NCBI GenBank assembly: GCA_038245195.1
Contig: JBBRSU010000001.1
Location: forward strand, 128,121 to 192,120
Length of the DNA stretch: 64,000 nucleotides
From: Candidatus Saccharimonadales bacterium
GTDB taxonomy: Bacteria > Patescibacteriota > Saccharimonadia > Saccharimonadales > UBA10212
Direction of reading: 5' to 3'
Shown: one piece after another, positions 1-9,590 of the stretch
Numbering within the stretch: the first letter of the stretch is position 1
Layout of the letters: each line of letters starts with the position of its first letter
The notes under the pieces: generated by a model
Seen by the model: only the letters and a program-made list of their open reading frames with translations
What the model was told of the DNA's origin: nothing
Databases searched by the model: none
Translations under genes and position numbers: made by a program

Positions 1-544
1 GCAACAGCCCGTGTTCCTTGTTGGCGTTTTTGTTGGTGGCATAGTCGCCGCGTCTGACGTGAATCGAGACTGAACTAGATGCCTTCACCATTTTAAGTAG
101 CTGTTTTGAATAGGATGAAATTTCTTTGGGCTCAAATTCCTCTAATAGGATTTTTCGTACATCTTTAAAATATCGTTCATTTTGCCACCAACCCACGATA
201 TAGGTGTTATCTCTGGCTCTTAGCATAATGTCATAGAAGGATTTATTCGGCTCGCCTAGTGGGCGCAACCGTTTATCAATACCCAAGCGTCTAGTAATCT
301 TATAGAACAATCCAGCATGGTAGCCTTGCGGTAACATTCTGCCTAAATCGTGCTCATTGGCTGTCTTTGCTGAAATCTTATAACAACTAAGTTCGTAATG
401 TCTTGGAGTATCAATAGAAGCCATGTTGTCATACGTCGATACATCAAGCAAAAGAGTAGTCTGAATTTTGTCGGCAAGTCTTTTGGCGGTCGCATATTGA
501 AACATTTGGTTGCCCAACCCGCCCATCAGTTTAACTATAATCAT
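1..544 (-). CDS. alpha-1,2-fucosyltransferase (GT11 family), C-terminal part cut by window edge
   Basis: I translated the minus strand from the ATG at 544-542. It reads MIIVKLMGGLGNQMFQYATAKRLAD..., and later ...VSIHVRRGDY (codons around 70-41). GGLGNQMFQYA and HxRRGDY are the GT11 signature motifs. The start overlaps the stop of the upstream gene as ATGA. It is absent from the ORF track because it runs off the window. Confidence 0.8.
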   Translation of the reverse strand, partial: MIIVKLMGGLGNQMFQYATAKRLADKIQTTLLLDVSTYDNMASIDTPRHYELSCYKISAKTANEHDLGRMLPQGYHAGLFYKITRRLGIDKRLRPLGEPNKSFYDIMLRARDNTYIVGWWQNERYFKDVRKILLEEFEPKEISSYSKQLLKMVKASSSVSIHVRRGDYATNKNANKEHGLL

Positions 545-1716
545 TTTTTTAACACCCCTTGGTATAATTTTTCGTAGTCCTGTGCAATTTTCTCCCATGT
601 GAATTTTGATTGCCAAGCTTTGTGGCCACTTACTCCTAGGCTAGCCTTCTTGGGCTTAGCGTACCAATTCTCCAGCAAGCTTACTGAGCCCTCAATATCA
701 GCGCGTGAAATTCCAGAACCATCTTTGGTTGTGGGCAACAATGCACCGCCACCACTCCAGTTGATAATTTCCTTTGAGTTGCCCACGTCAGTTGTTAAAA
801 AGGGTAATCCGCTCGCCATTGCTTCAAATAAGACCAACGGAGAAGCCTCGATATTAGATGGAAAGAGAAAGATGTCTGCCTCTTTGTAAGCTGTAATAGT
901 ATCTTCTCTAGTCATTGATTTAACAATAAGTCGTTTTCTAAACTTAACATATCTGGGTAGGACTTTAGATAACTTACTTTTGCGTTTACATAATTTAGAG
1001 CAGCCATCGTCTCCGAAGTCATTCGCTATTATTAGTAGTACCGCATTTTGTATTTTTGCTTTTTCAAAAATTTCGATAGCCTCAATATGTCCTTTTGCAC
1101 CTGTATGAGAGCCAACAAGTAGAGCCAAAAAAGCTCCATCAGCTATCCCAAACTTCTTCCTGATTGAAGGGTTGATGGCTTTGCTGAATTCATCAGCTCC
1201 TGCTCCATTGGGTATCAAAAAATTATTATTAATCTTGTGTTTGCGTGCAAAGTCTACGTCTCTGTAATTGTCGCTCAGGTAGACTATGGCATCGTAGCTA
1301 CTCATAATCTTCGGCATTTTTTTAAAATAATTCTTATATATAGGGTCGAACAAACCAGAGAAACCACACGGGGCTAAAACCTTCCTTGCTCTCACATCGT
1401 CGAGTACTTCGAAAGTTAAATCAGTAGCCCATTGCTGAGCAGCATAGTTCATAACTATATCGAAATCAGAATCTTTAAGAAAATTTTTGTACCTCCGTAT
1501 ATCTTTACCGAGGTATCCAAGGACTTCCTTGCCGGCTATATCAAATTCCACAATTTTTACACCATTATAGAGAAGAGATTTTCTATCAGGCAGTTTTGAA
1601 GTTGCCACAGTAACATCGTGGCCTAGCTTGGCTAACCGTTCACTTATTTGCTTTACAACCTCCTGAGCACCCCCTACCGAAGGATAATAAAACTCTACTG
1701 TGTGCAAAATCTTCAC
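541..1716 (-). CDS. glycosyltransferase, GT4 (GT-B fold) family
   Basis: 391-aa ORF. The N-terminus MKILHTVEFYYPSVGGAQEVV and the C-terminal FLFPSNIEASPLVLFEAMASGLPFLTTDVG (EX7E-like region) are typical of GT4 retaining transferases. Confidence 0.8.
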   Translation of the reverse strand: MKILHTVEFYYPSVGGAQEVVKQISERLAKLGHDVTVATSKLPDRKSLLYNGVKIVEFDIAGKEVLGYLGKDIRRYKNFLKDSDFDIVMNYAAQQWATDLTFEVLDDVRARKVLAPCGFSGLFDPIYKNYFKKMPKIMSSYDAIVYLSDNYRDVDFARKHKINNNFLIPNGAGADEFSKAINPSIRKKFGIADGAFLALLVGSHTGAKGHIEAIEIFEKAKIQNAVLLIIANDFGDDGCSKLCKRKSKLSKVLPRYVKFRKRLIVKSMTREDTITAYKEADIFLFPSNIEASPLVLFEAMASGLPFLTTDVGNSKEIINWSGGGALLPTTKDGSGISRADIEGSVSLLENWYAKPKKASLGVSGHKAWQSKFTWEKIAQDYEKLYQGVLKK

Positions 1717-1799
1717 CCTTATATACTATGTAAATCTGCCAGCCAGCGCCAGTCGATTGGCAAGCTAATTGTTTACGTGTAGTCTATTTATCAGTAACT

Positions 1800-2506
1800 A
1801 TGAGACCGATAATCAGCCACCGCTTGCGTAAATCATCCAATGGCGCATACAGTAATCCATCCCCAAGGGGGACTGAGTTTGAGGTGGATAATTGGTATTT
1901 ATCAAAATTTGTAGTTGATAAAATTGTCCCAGCTGTGGGTGTTCACCCCTTTCCGCTAAATGAGCTGATGTTAATGAGTGGAGCAGTTGTGCGCTTCAAA
2001 CCCAAATTAATATTTGAGTGGGGCACACATATAGGCAAGTCGGCGTTGATTTTCTATAAGATCAGCCAAGACTTGGGCTTGATACTATAGTTCACTCGAT
2101 TGATTTACCAGATGAAATTGAACACGGCGAACATCCTCACAAAGAACGTGGTAAGTTAGTGCGAGGCTTACCCCAAGTTAATCTCCATCAAGGCGACGGC
2201 GTTGCGACAGCCCTGGGGATACTAAGCGAACAAGATAAAAAAACCCGAAACGGCGAAGGCGTCCTCTTTTTTATAGATGGGGATCACTCCTACAAGTCCG
2301 TCAAACGCGAACTCGGTAGTATTATTAAGAAAGTCCCAAAAGCATCAATTCTACTACATGATACTTTTTATCAATCTTCAAGCTCAAAATATAACGTTGG
2401 ACCATATGAAGCGATTAATAACTGTCTTAAATCTGGCCCAAAATCATACAGAAGGATTGATACGGCTACTGGCTTACCGGGAATGACTCTTTTGTATCAT
2501 GCTTAA
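1800..2506 (+). pseudogene. class I SAM-dependent methyltransferase (Methyltransf_24-like), interrupted by an apparent 1-nt frameshift near 2079-2084
   Basis: Two ORFs (1800-2090 and 2159-2506) lie in different frames. The second frame is open from 2060 and reads ...LGLDTIVHSIDLPDEIEHG..., continuing the first ORF (...EWGTHIGKSALIFYKISQDLGL). Together they form a SAM-binding fold: GTxxGxSA, then VxSIDL, then FFIDGDHSYKSV. Confidence 0.6.
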
Positions 2507-2540
2507 AATCTAGATACCACTTTCTGATAGAGTATTTTCA

Positions 2541-3272
2541 TTAAACCGTATTTTTAAATATTGTTACTAAGTATGGGCTATATATTCGTGATTTAGGGAA
2601 CTTCTTTAACTTTATAGCAAGTTTTAAAAACATCTTCTCTATTACTTCCTGGTGTTTTCTTAATTGCACAGGCTCCCTCCAAAACTCAGCGTCCTCTGCA
2701 TATCCGGAATATAAAGTCATAAATCCTTCGGCTTGAACTAACTTACATATTTTATTGAGAGACATAATACTTGTATTATGTATATCCAAATTCTCCCTAT
2801 CTAACAGGCGATGATAGGCATATTGCAAGTATCTAAAGTTAGGCAGGGTAATGATAAGGTACCCCCCACTTTTAACGAGGCTGCAGTGTTTTTTGATAAC
2901 TCTTTCAGTATCATCAAAATGCTCAATGAAACCGAAACTAGCTACAACGTCATATTTTCTAGTAGGACTGTACTTAAATATATCTTTTTTAATGAATTTA
3001 TAATCTTTGATCTTATTCGCTACCATCGTTCGGGTAAAGGCTTCTGTATTATCAGCAAAGTCTAAACCTTCGATTTTATATCCAAACTCCCTATGGAAAA
3101 ATACTAAAAACCTACCCGGTATGGCTCCTATCTCTAGGCATGTCATATTGCTATTATACGGTAGATATTTTTTGAATATATCACTAAATAGAACGTCCTT
3201 AACTATCGCGGGCTGGATTCCCGAGGTTCTTTTAGTCCATTCCGCATGGTCGCTTACTTTGTATTTAACCAT
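2541..3272 (-). CDS. class I SAM-dependent methyltransferase
   Basis: 243 aa. LEIGAIPGRFLVFF (motif I-like), YDVVASFGFIEHFDD and GGYLIITLPN match the Methyltransf_11/23 pattern. It overlaps the Wzt-like gene by 8 nt. Confidence 0.75.
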   Translation of the reverse strand: MVKYKVSDHAEWTKRTSGIQPAIVKDVLFSDIFKKYLPYNSNMTCLEIGAIPGRFLVFFHREFGYKIEGLDFADNTEAFTRTMVANKIKDYKFIKKDIFKYSPTRKYDVVASFGFIEHFDDTERVIKKHCSLVKSGGYLIITLPNFRYLQYAYHRLLDRENLDIHNTSIMSLNKICKLVQAEGFMTLYSGYAEDAEFWREPVQLRKHQEVIEKMFLKLAIKLKKFPKSRIYSPYLVTIFKNTV

Positions 3273-4470
3273 TTCTTATAACCAGCTCCCCATAAATGCA
3301 ATCACTTGAACCTTCAACCACTACCTCCGTAGGAAGTACCGTGAAATAGAGTGCTTCGGCCACAAAGTCAATAAGCTGGTCTTCAGGTGATAGTACAGAA
3401 ATATTTATATAATAATTTCCAGGCGCCAAATTACGTGCAGGCACAGTAGCAGAAATAAGTTGCCCTTCGATTTGCTTGGACGATTTCGAAAAGCATGCTA
3501 ACCTGGCCCCTTCCCAAGAGAAAATATTTATATCTATTCTCACACCACTAACCTTATTAGATAATTTAAGATTAAAAGTAATGTCGTCTTGGAACTCTAT
3601 CTTGTTGGTATTCTTTTCATTAACAATTAGAGAAGCGGCCATTAATTGTAGGGGCTTATTTATATCTAGTTTGAAGTTAACTTTACCGACATCTGTAGAA
3701 TCGGCTTCAAAATATTGGCGAGCTACTGTTTTTGTTTCACCAAAGCCGAGAATCTTACCGCTTTTTAATAACAACGCCTTGTTGCACAAGCTTTGGACTA
3801 AATTGAGACTATGACTTACGAATAATACTGTCCTACCTTCACTTGCCACGTCTTTCATTTTCCCCAAACTTTTCTTCTGGAAGGCGGCATCGCCAACTGC
3901 TAAAACTTCATCAACAATTAATATATCTGGTTCAAGATGGGCTGCGATTGCGAAAGCCAAGCGTACATACATGCCCGAAGAGTAAAACTTTACAGGCGTA
4001 TCCAAGAATTGCTCAACCTCACTGAAATCTACAATTTCATCAAATTTGGCTAAAATTTCTTTACGTTTCATGCCCAAGATGGCGCCATTGAAGAAAATGT
4101 TTTCCCGGCCGGTTAGCTCTGGGTGGAAGCCAGTGCCGACTTCTAGTAAGCTGGCCACCTTGCCGCGCATTTTGATTTCACCAGATGTAGGCTCGACTAT
4201 TTGCGACAAGATTTTAAGTAGGGTTGATTTACCAGAGCCGTTTTTGCCGATTATCCCCACGACATCGCCCTGCTGAATTTCGAAGTTAATATCTTTTAGC
4301 GCCCAGAACTCTTCTTTCTTAAGTTGTCGGCCGGTAATAAGTCCGAGAGGTTTACGGGCCATTTCGGTCAAAGAGTCACGGAGAGTCGCTGTACCCTTCA
4401 TGCCTTTACGTTCATGACCTATACGATAAACTTTGGATAAATCCTTTACCTCAATAGCTGGTTGACTCAT
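3265..4470 (-). CDS. polysaccharide/teichoic-acid ABC exporter ATP-binding protein (Wzt/TagH type) with an extra C-terminal beta-rich domain
   Basis: Walker A is GKNGSGKSTLLK, the signature is YSSGMYVRLAFA, and Walker B is LIVDEVLAVGD. About 150 residues follow the NBD (FKLDINKPLQ...NYYINISVL...), resembling the Wzt C-terminal glycan-binding domain. Confidence 0.85.
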   Translation of the reverse strand: MSQPAIEVKDLSKVYRIGHERKGMKGTATLRDSLTEMARKPLGLITGRQLKKEEFWALKDINFEIQQGDVVGIIGKNGSGKSTLLKILSQIVEPTSGEIKMRGKVASLLEVGTGFHPELTGRENIFFNGAILGMKRKEILAKFDEIVDFSEVEQFLDTPVKFYSSGMYVRLAFAIAAHLEPDILIVDEVLAVGDAAFQKKSLGKMKDVASEGRTVLFVSHSLNLVQSLCNKALLLKSGKILGFGETKTVARQYFEADSTDVGKVNFKLDINKPLQLMAASLIVNEKNTNKIEFQDDITFNLKLSNKVSGVRIDINIFSWEGARLACFSKSSKQIEGQLISATVPARNLAPGNYYINISVLSPEDQLIDFVAEALYFTVLPTEVVVEGSSDCIYGELVIRNG

Positions 4471-5285
4471 ATAATATCCGCGAACTCTTTTTCCTTAGAT
4501 TTGAAATACAGGTATCCAACCACAAACAAAACAATTGCACTTGTAATTGAGAGTGCTAACAGCCAAGTGTTAACCGTGCCTTGGTGTAGCCACCACGAGC
4601 GCATGGCGTTAATTACACCGGTCATGGGATTTAGGTATAAAATCCATTGGAATCTTAGTGGAACTAAGGAAATTGGGTAGATAACCGGTGTTAAAAAGAG
4701 GCCGACTTGGATGAAGAAGGGTACAATTTGTGCAACATCGCGATATTTGACATTCACAGCCGATAAGAACATGCCCAGACCAGACGCAGCGATAAAAGTT
4801 ATGATAACTGCGGGGATAACAAAAAGTATGCCGGCCGCACCAGGCGCTATGTGGTAGTAGAGCATTAGACCGATAAAAACTAAAAAAGCGAAAAAGAAAT
4901 CCATGAGAGCGACAATAGTGGCGGAAATTGGCACAATTATACGCGGAAAATAAATCTTGGTTATAACGCCTTGATTGGCTACCAAGCTGGCACTGGAGCG
5001 GGTGAGGGCACTTGAAAAGTAATTCCAAAATAGTAAGCCGGAATAGGAAAATATGGCATAGGGGACATTACCGGAGCTGACCTTAGCAACTTTATTAAAG
5101 AAGAGCGTAAAGACAACCATCATGGCAAATGGTTGTAAAATAGCCCAGCCTATTCCGAGTACGCTTTGCTTGTAGCGGACTTTAACATCGCGCCAGGCGA
5201 AATAAAAAAATAGCTCTCGGTAAGCTTTGAGCTCTCTAAAATTTAGTCCGGAGTGGCTGTTTGGCCGGATAATAGTTTCTTCCAT
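4467..5285 (-). CDS. ABC-2 type polysaccharide exporter permease (Wzm/TagG type)
   Basis: 272 aa with 6 predicted TM segments. The N-terminus (ELFFYFAWRDVKVRYKQSVLGIGWAILQP) is the typical ABC-2 permease signature. It overlaps the ATPase gene as ATGA. Confidence 0.85.
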   Translation of the reverse strand: MEETIIRPNSHSGLNFRELKAYRELFFYFAWRDVKVRYKQSVLGIGWAILQPFAMMVVFTLFFNKVAKVSSGNVPYAIFSYSGLLFWNYFSSALTRSSASLVANQGVITKIYFPRIIVPISATIVALMDFFFAFLVFIGLMLYYHIAPGAAGILFVIPAVIITFIAASGLGMFLSAVNVKYRDVAQIVPFFIQVGLFLTPVIYPISLVPLRFQWILYLNPMTGVINAMRSWWLHQGTVNTWLLALSITSAIVLFVVGYLYFKSKEKEFADII

Positions 5286-6223
5286 TACGAGCGATTTACC
5301 TTATACCATTGGATAGTTTCGCGTAAGCCTTCCTCGAAAGTTGTACTAGATAAAAAGCCAAACTCTTTATTTGCCCGTGAAACATCGAGTTTTCGGCGTG
5401 GCTGGCCGTTAGGCTTAGAAGTATCCCACTTTATTTTGCCCTGAAAGCCGGTTTCTTTAACGATAATATTAACAAGATCCTTGATGTTTATCTCTGAGGA
5501 CGAACCTAAATTTACTGGGTCGCTTTTATCGTATTTTTCAGCGGCCAAGATAATCCCGTCAGCTGCATCCTCAACGTACAAAAACTCTCGGGACGCACTG
5601 CCGTCTCCCCAGACTTCTATTGCGCCTGCGTTATTATCGACAGCGTCCACGGATTTTTTTATAAGAGCAGGGATAACGTGCGAACTTTGCGGGTCAAAGT
5701 TATCGCCCGGTCCATATAGGTTAACGGGTAATAAGAAAATAGAATCAAAGCCGTATTCTTGGCGATAGCCCTGGCTCTGTACCAGCATCATTTTTTTGGC
5801 CAAGCCGTAAGGGGCGTTTGTTTCCTCTGGGTATCCATTCCATAAATCAACTTCTTTAAAGGGAACGGGAGTATATTTTGGGTAAGCACAAACAGTTCCC
5901 AGAGCTACAAACTTTGGGATTTTAAACTGCCGGGCTTGCTCCATCAGCTCAACGCCCATAATCAAATTTTCATAAAAGAATTTACCGGGGTGTTCGCGGT
6001 TAGCCCCAATCCCGCCAACTACAGCCGCCAAGTGAATGACCATGTCGCTGGGATTGTCGCTGTACATTTTTTTAATTTGGTCACGATCAGTAAGATCATA
6101 TTCGGCATGAGTTGGAGAAATTACAGTTGCTCCTAGATCTTTTAGTTTTTTGCAAACATAGGTTCCTAGAAAGCCGCTACCGCCAGTAACCAATATCTTC
6201 TTTTTATTCCAAAAAGTACTCAT
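5285..6223 (-). CDS. fcl: GDP-L-fucose synthase (GDP-4-keto-6-deoxy-D-mannose 3,5-epimerase/4-reductase)
   Basis: 312 aa. It has the Rossmann motif [11 protein letters not shown], plus [20 protein letters not shown] (YxxxK) and [10 protein letters not shown], all typical of Fcl/WcaG. Confidence 0.85.
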   Translation of the reverse strand: MSTFWNKKKILVTGGSGFLGTYVCKKLKDLGATVISPTHAEYDLTDRDQIKKMYSDNPSDMVIHLAAVVGGIGANREHPGKFFYENLIMGVELMEQARQFKIPKFVALGTVCAYPKYTPVPFKEVDLWNGYPEETNAPYGLAKKMMLVQSQGYRQEYGFDSIFLLPVNLYGPGDNFDPQSSHVIPALIKKSVDAVDNNAGAIEVWGDGSASREFLYVEDAADGIILAAEKYDKSDPVNLGSSSEINIKDLVNIIVKETGFQGKIKWDTSKPNGQPRRKLDVSRANKEFGFLSSTTFEEGLRETIQWYKVNRS

Positions 6224-6252
6224 ACTTAACTAGTATAACAGATTAGATAAGA

Positions 6253-8361
6253 CTAAAACTGGCCGCTAGTAAGCGTGTTCCAAATGGCATTATTGCTATT
6301 GTAGATGACTAAATTCCCATCATTTTGCACCACAAGCGAAGACGAACCTTTGCCGGCCGTCCCCGATGACCAGTAAGCCTTAGCCTGTGAGTCATAGAGC
6401 ACCAAGTTCCCATCACTCTGCATGACCGCACTTGTTACGGGTTTATTGGATGTGCCGCTGGACCATAATGCCCGTTTTATAGAGTAGAGCACCAAGTTCC
6501 CATCATTTTGCATATATAATCTATACCGCCCGTCAGCGGATGTAATTGACTGGCCCATATTCAATAACTGATTAGCCCCCAAACTAAAACCACCTGATGT
6601 ATCAAAATGAACCATCGTGTAGTAATTTAAGCCAACATCATTCATCCAAGCTATGCCTTCAGCAACAGGCGTAAAATGCTCCTGGTAGATACCGACTGTG
6701 GCAGGTGCTTGGTACCAAAATTCGAAGGTAGCAGTCTGGCCTGGTGCCACGGATGCCTCTTTCATTCCAGCAGGGCGGCCACAGCCAAGCCAAGACGGAG
6801 TGTCGGACTTATCACAAAAAACACTAGTCCGGTCGAGTGGGCTGCTTGTGCCGACATGAACTGGATTGGCTCCTGAGTTACTCCAGGTGACATTACCCGT
6901 ATTTTTAGCTGTGAATCCGACGAATGTCTTCTGACTAGGTGCTAAATTACTAAGACTGACAGCGGTTGATTTAGTTTGGTCTGTGTAAGCGTATTGGCTT
7001 TGCAGTGACCAGGTGTAGATAGGAGGTTTTACTACGGCGTGAAAGTACATTCCAGGGTCATTCATCCATTTTAGACCCTCGGCCACCAAACTAAAATGTT
7101 CATTGTATGTATTTGCTTGCATTGGTGCTTGGTACCAAAATTCGAAGGTAGCAGTCTGGCCTGGTGCCACGGATGGCTCTTTCATCCCCGCAGGGCGCCC
7201 ACAGCCAAGCCAAGATGGAGTGTCTGTTGTGTCGCAAAAAAGGCTATTTCGATCTTGAGATGAAGTTGTGCCAACATCTACAGGGTTATTCCCCGAATTA
7301 GACCATGTAGTGTCGCCTGTATTTAAGGCTTTAAAACCAACATAAACCTTCTGGCCAACCACTAAATTATTCAAATCTACCGGGGTAGTCTTGGCTTGAT
7401 CCGTATAAGCGTATTGACTGTTTGGCGACCAAGTGAACTTGTCGTAGTAAGAGCCGAACCAACTTTGAAATAGATTGTCGAAACTACTGTTACCAGAAAA
7501 GTGGGGTGTATAAACATAGAAAGCAGCGGTTGCACCATTATCGATATGTACACTACCGCCATCTATAGTTGTATATCCATCATAGAAAACTGTCGTTGAG
7601 TCGGTAGGGCAACGTTTGAAATTGCCTTGAGTCATAAAACCGCTGTAACAGGCATCAGAAGCGGGGATGTTCCAGGCTGATGGGCAGGTATTATTATCAT
7701 CACAGTTATTCCAGCTTCCTTTAATAACCGCCCAGCCAGTATCGCCTTCAGCCTTGTGCCTCGAAAAAGTCAACAACCACGCGGCATGAATAATTTGTTC
7801 TGAAAAGCCGGCTTTTGGCCCACTATTCACGCACGAGCCGGTAATAGAATTGACTGGATTGCCGTTTATATAATAAAGCGGTGTGACTAATCCACCACTC
7901 GGATAACCATAATCATGAGTATTAGTACCAGAGTCCGTGCATCCGTAGCCTACCGCAGATGCGTAACGCCAACTAGCACACCCAGAAGTGCCAGTTACTA
8001 AATTTTCTTCTTTTTCTAGGGTTGCTAGTAAGACTTGAGGGTTAATGCTATAGGCTTGAGAGGTATCGTATACTATCTGGCCAGCGGTAACGGGAGTGCT
8101 ACTATATAGAAATTGCGACGGGTTGGGGCTGTAACCTGTGGGGTCAGGGGCAGTAAATCCATTATTACTGCTAATACAGCTACTCGGAAAGTTAGCATTC
8201 AACCAGTTATCAATTTGAACCGCGGACATAGAATTAGCACGGTCAAATACTCCGTCGTCAATAACATTATTGCCATTAAAAGCGAAAGCCGGATGTGCTT
8301 TAAAGAGCAATGTGCCGGACACCATTAAAACAAAAATAATAAGATATCTTCTAATCATCAC
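6253..8361 (-). CDS. secreted multidomain protein: signal peptide, Cys-rich lysozyme-like(?) N-domain, 2 x ~140-aa Ig-like repeats, C-terminal bulb-type (B-)lectin domain
   Basis: The N-terminus MMIRRYLIIFVLMVSGTLLFKAHPAFA is a signal peptide. INPQVLLATLEKEENL resembles a muramidase/transglycosylase catalytic-Glu region. There are two tandem repeats (TWSxxSQYAYTDQ...SWLGCGRPAGMKExSVAPGQTATFEFWYQAP...). The C-terminus carries three QxDxNxVxY motifs: MQNDGNLVLY, MQSDGNLVLY and VQNDGNLVIY. Confidence 0.75.
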   Translation of the reverse strand: MMIRRYLIIFVLMVSGTLLFKAHPAFAFNGNNVIDDGVFDRANSMSAVQIDNWLNANFPSSCISSNNGFTAPDPTGYSPNPSQFLYSSTPVTAGQIVYDTSQAYSINPQVLLATLEKEENLVTGTSGCASWRYASAVGYGCTDSGTNTHDYGYPSGGLVTPLYYINGNPVNSITGSCVNSGPKAGFSEQIIHAAWLLTFSRHKAEGDTGWAVIKGSWNNCDDNNTCPSAWNIPASDACYSGFMTQGNFKRCPTDSTTVFYDGYTTIDGGSVHIDNGATAAFYVYTPHFSGNSSFDNLFQSWFGSYYDKFTWSPNSQYAYTDQAKTTPVDLNNLVVGQKVYVGFKALNTGDTTWSNSGNNPVDVGTTSSQDRNSLFCDTTDTPSWLGCGRPAGMKEPSVAPGQTATFEFWYQAPMQANTYNEHFSLVAEGLKWMNDPGMYFHAVVKPPIYTWSLQSQYAYTDQTKSTAVSLSNLAPSQKTFVGFTAKNTGNVTWSNSGANPVHVGTSSPLDRTSVFCDKSDTPSWLGCGRPAGMKEASVAPGQTATFEFWYQAPATVGIYQEHFTPVAEGIAWMNDVGLNYYTMVHFDTSGGFSLGANQLLNMGQSITSADGRYRLYMQNDGNLVLYSIKRALWSSGTSNKPVTSAVMQSDGNLVLYDSQAKAYWSSGTAGKGSSSLVVQNDGNLVIYNSNNAIWNTLTSGQF
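6704..7175 (-). repeat. intragenic tandem duplication (420-nt period) with an identical 52-nt core
   Basis: ggtgcttggtaccaaaattcgaaggtagcagtctggcctggtgccacggatg occurs at 6704-6755 and again at 7124-7175, exactly 420 nt apart. The flanking sequence is related but diverged. Confidence 0.9.
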
Positions 8362-8984
8362 TGCACCTCTAGCTTAAGGCTATCAGTTGATGTTTTAGTT
8401 TGGCCGTTTAGGCTAGCAATCGCTTCAACTATCCACGAGCCTTTACTTAGTCCGGCAGTCTCTATATCCCAGTACCAGTAGGTTGCACCGTTACTATCTG
8501 TGTTTTGCTCAGTTAGCTTTTTAACAACATCATTCTTGATGAATTTTATGTAACAGGTAGCACCGACAGTAGTATTACAAACGGAGGCCTCCGATGTCGG
8601 GTTGTTGCCACCCGGATGATGATTGCTTACGAAGTTACCATAGGGGCTGATTAAACTGCTATTAATAGCCGGTGAGGCAGTGTTGGATTGTGTTTTATCA
8701 GAGCCTTGGGTTGTGTCCGGCGCCGAAGAAGATTGAGGGGGTGCCTTCGACGCCTGATTTTTTAAGCTAGCCGAGTTTTCAGAGGTTGGGTTGGTGCTGG
8801 GTATAGTCCCACTTTTAGTGCCAGGACTTCGAAAAAAAAGGTAAACTGCAAATATAACTATGAGTAACGCAATAGATGTCAATAACACATTTCGTCGTGA
8901 GACTTTAATAGCTTTTCGTTTAGGCATTGTTTTTATTTTATCGTGTGCTTTGTAAGCACGCTGTGACACATTTAACTTTAGCAC
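8358..8984 (-). CDS. membrane-anchored hypothetical protein with S/T/P-rich linker and small C-terminal beta domain
   Basis: 208-aa ORF. The start is probably the internal MPKRK at 8927. One TM segment (LLTSIALLIVIFAVYLFF) is followed by a low-complexity linker. The stop overlaps the lectin gene start as ATGA, so the two are probably co-translated. Confidence 0.5.
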   Translation of the reverse strand: MLKLNVSQRAYKAHDKIKTMPKRKAIKVSRRNVLLTSIALLIVIFAVYLFFRSPGTKSGTIPSTNPTSENSASLKNQASKAPPQSSSAPDTTQGSDKTQSNTASPAINSSLISPYGNFVSNHHPGGNNPTSEASVCNTTVGATCYIKFIKNDVVKKLTEQNTDSNGATYWYWDIETAGLSKGSWIVEAIASLNGQTKTSTDSLKLEVQ

Positions 8985-9025
8985 TTTAAAACAGCAGTAG
9001 CAACTGGGGTTGACAGCATCACAAC

Positions 9026-9547
9026 TTAGCGGCCAAAGTCGTCTTGAACGCGGATAATATCATCTTCGTCAGAAGGATTGTTTAAATCGGTATGTTGCCA
9101 AATTTCGGCCACTAATGCCCAATCGTTAAGCCCCGCGGCTCTATGTCGCATACCTTGAGGGATTTTTACCACCTCCCCAGCACGGATTGTCTTCGGCTCT
9201 GTCTCTTCATCGGATTTACTTGTTACTAGGTTAAAATAGCCAGCGATTGGCCGCCAAATTTCGGCTCTGCGATGATGGTACTGCCAGCTTAGGCGTAGGC
9301 CTGGGTTAATACCGAGAAATTTTGGCCTGAGGGGCAGACTTTTGTCTATTCCGTCTAACTCAACACTGTTATAAAACTCATCGATAAACTCCCCGGCTTG
9401 TGATTCGTCCACTGATAAGAAAAAGCCCCAAGGTCTCCTAATATCCAAATCAATTAACCTAAAGTTTCGATCCAATAAAATTCGGGCGGCTTGCTGAAAC
9501 ACTTCTGCTTTATCGTTCGAGGTCTCATGGAATTCAAACTTTTGCAT
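9026..9547 (-). CDS. cupin-fold protein, type II phosphomannose isomerase-like
   Basis: 173 aa. WGFF...LSWQYHHRRAEIW...VVKIPQGMRHR matches the cupin motifs of the mannose-6-phosphate isomerase C-terminal domain. It is adjacent to GDP-mannose pathway genes. Confidence 0.6.
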   Translation of the reverse strand: MQKFEFHETSNDKAEVFQQAARILLDRNFRLIDLDIRRPWGFFLSVDESQAGEFIDEFYNSVELDGIDKSLPLRPKFLGINPGLRLSWQYHHRRAEIWRPIAGYFNLVTSKSDEETEPKTIRAGEVVKIPQGMRHRAAGLNDWALVAEIWQHTDLNNPSDEDDIIRVQDDFGR

Positions 9548-9590
9548 GTGTCTTATGATACCAGAAGCTTTCCGGTGTTAAGATTAGAAT

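Noticed and set aside
4609-5028. 139-aa ORF overlapping the ABC-2 permease in another frame on the same strand
   Set aside because: It is fully embedded in a well-supported permease gene, has a Cys/Arg-rich nonsense-like composition, and has no RBS.
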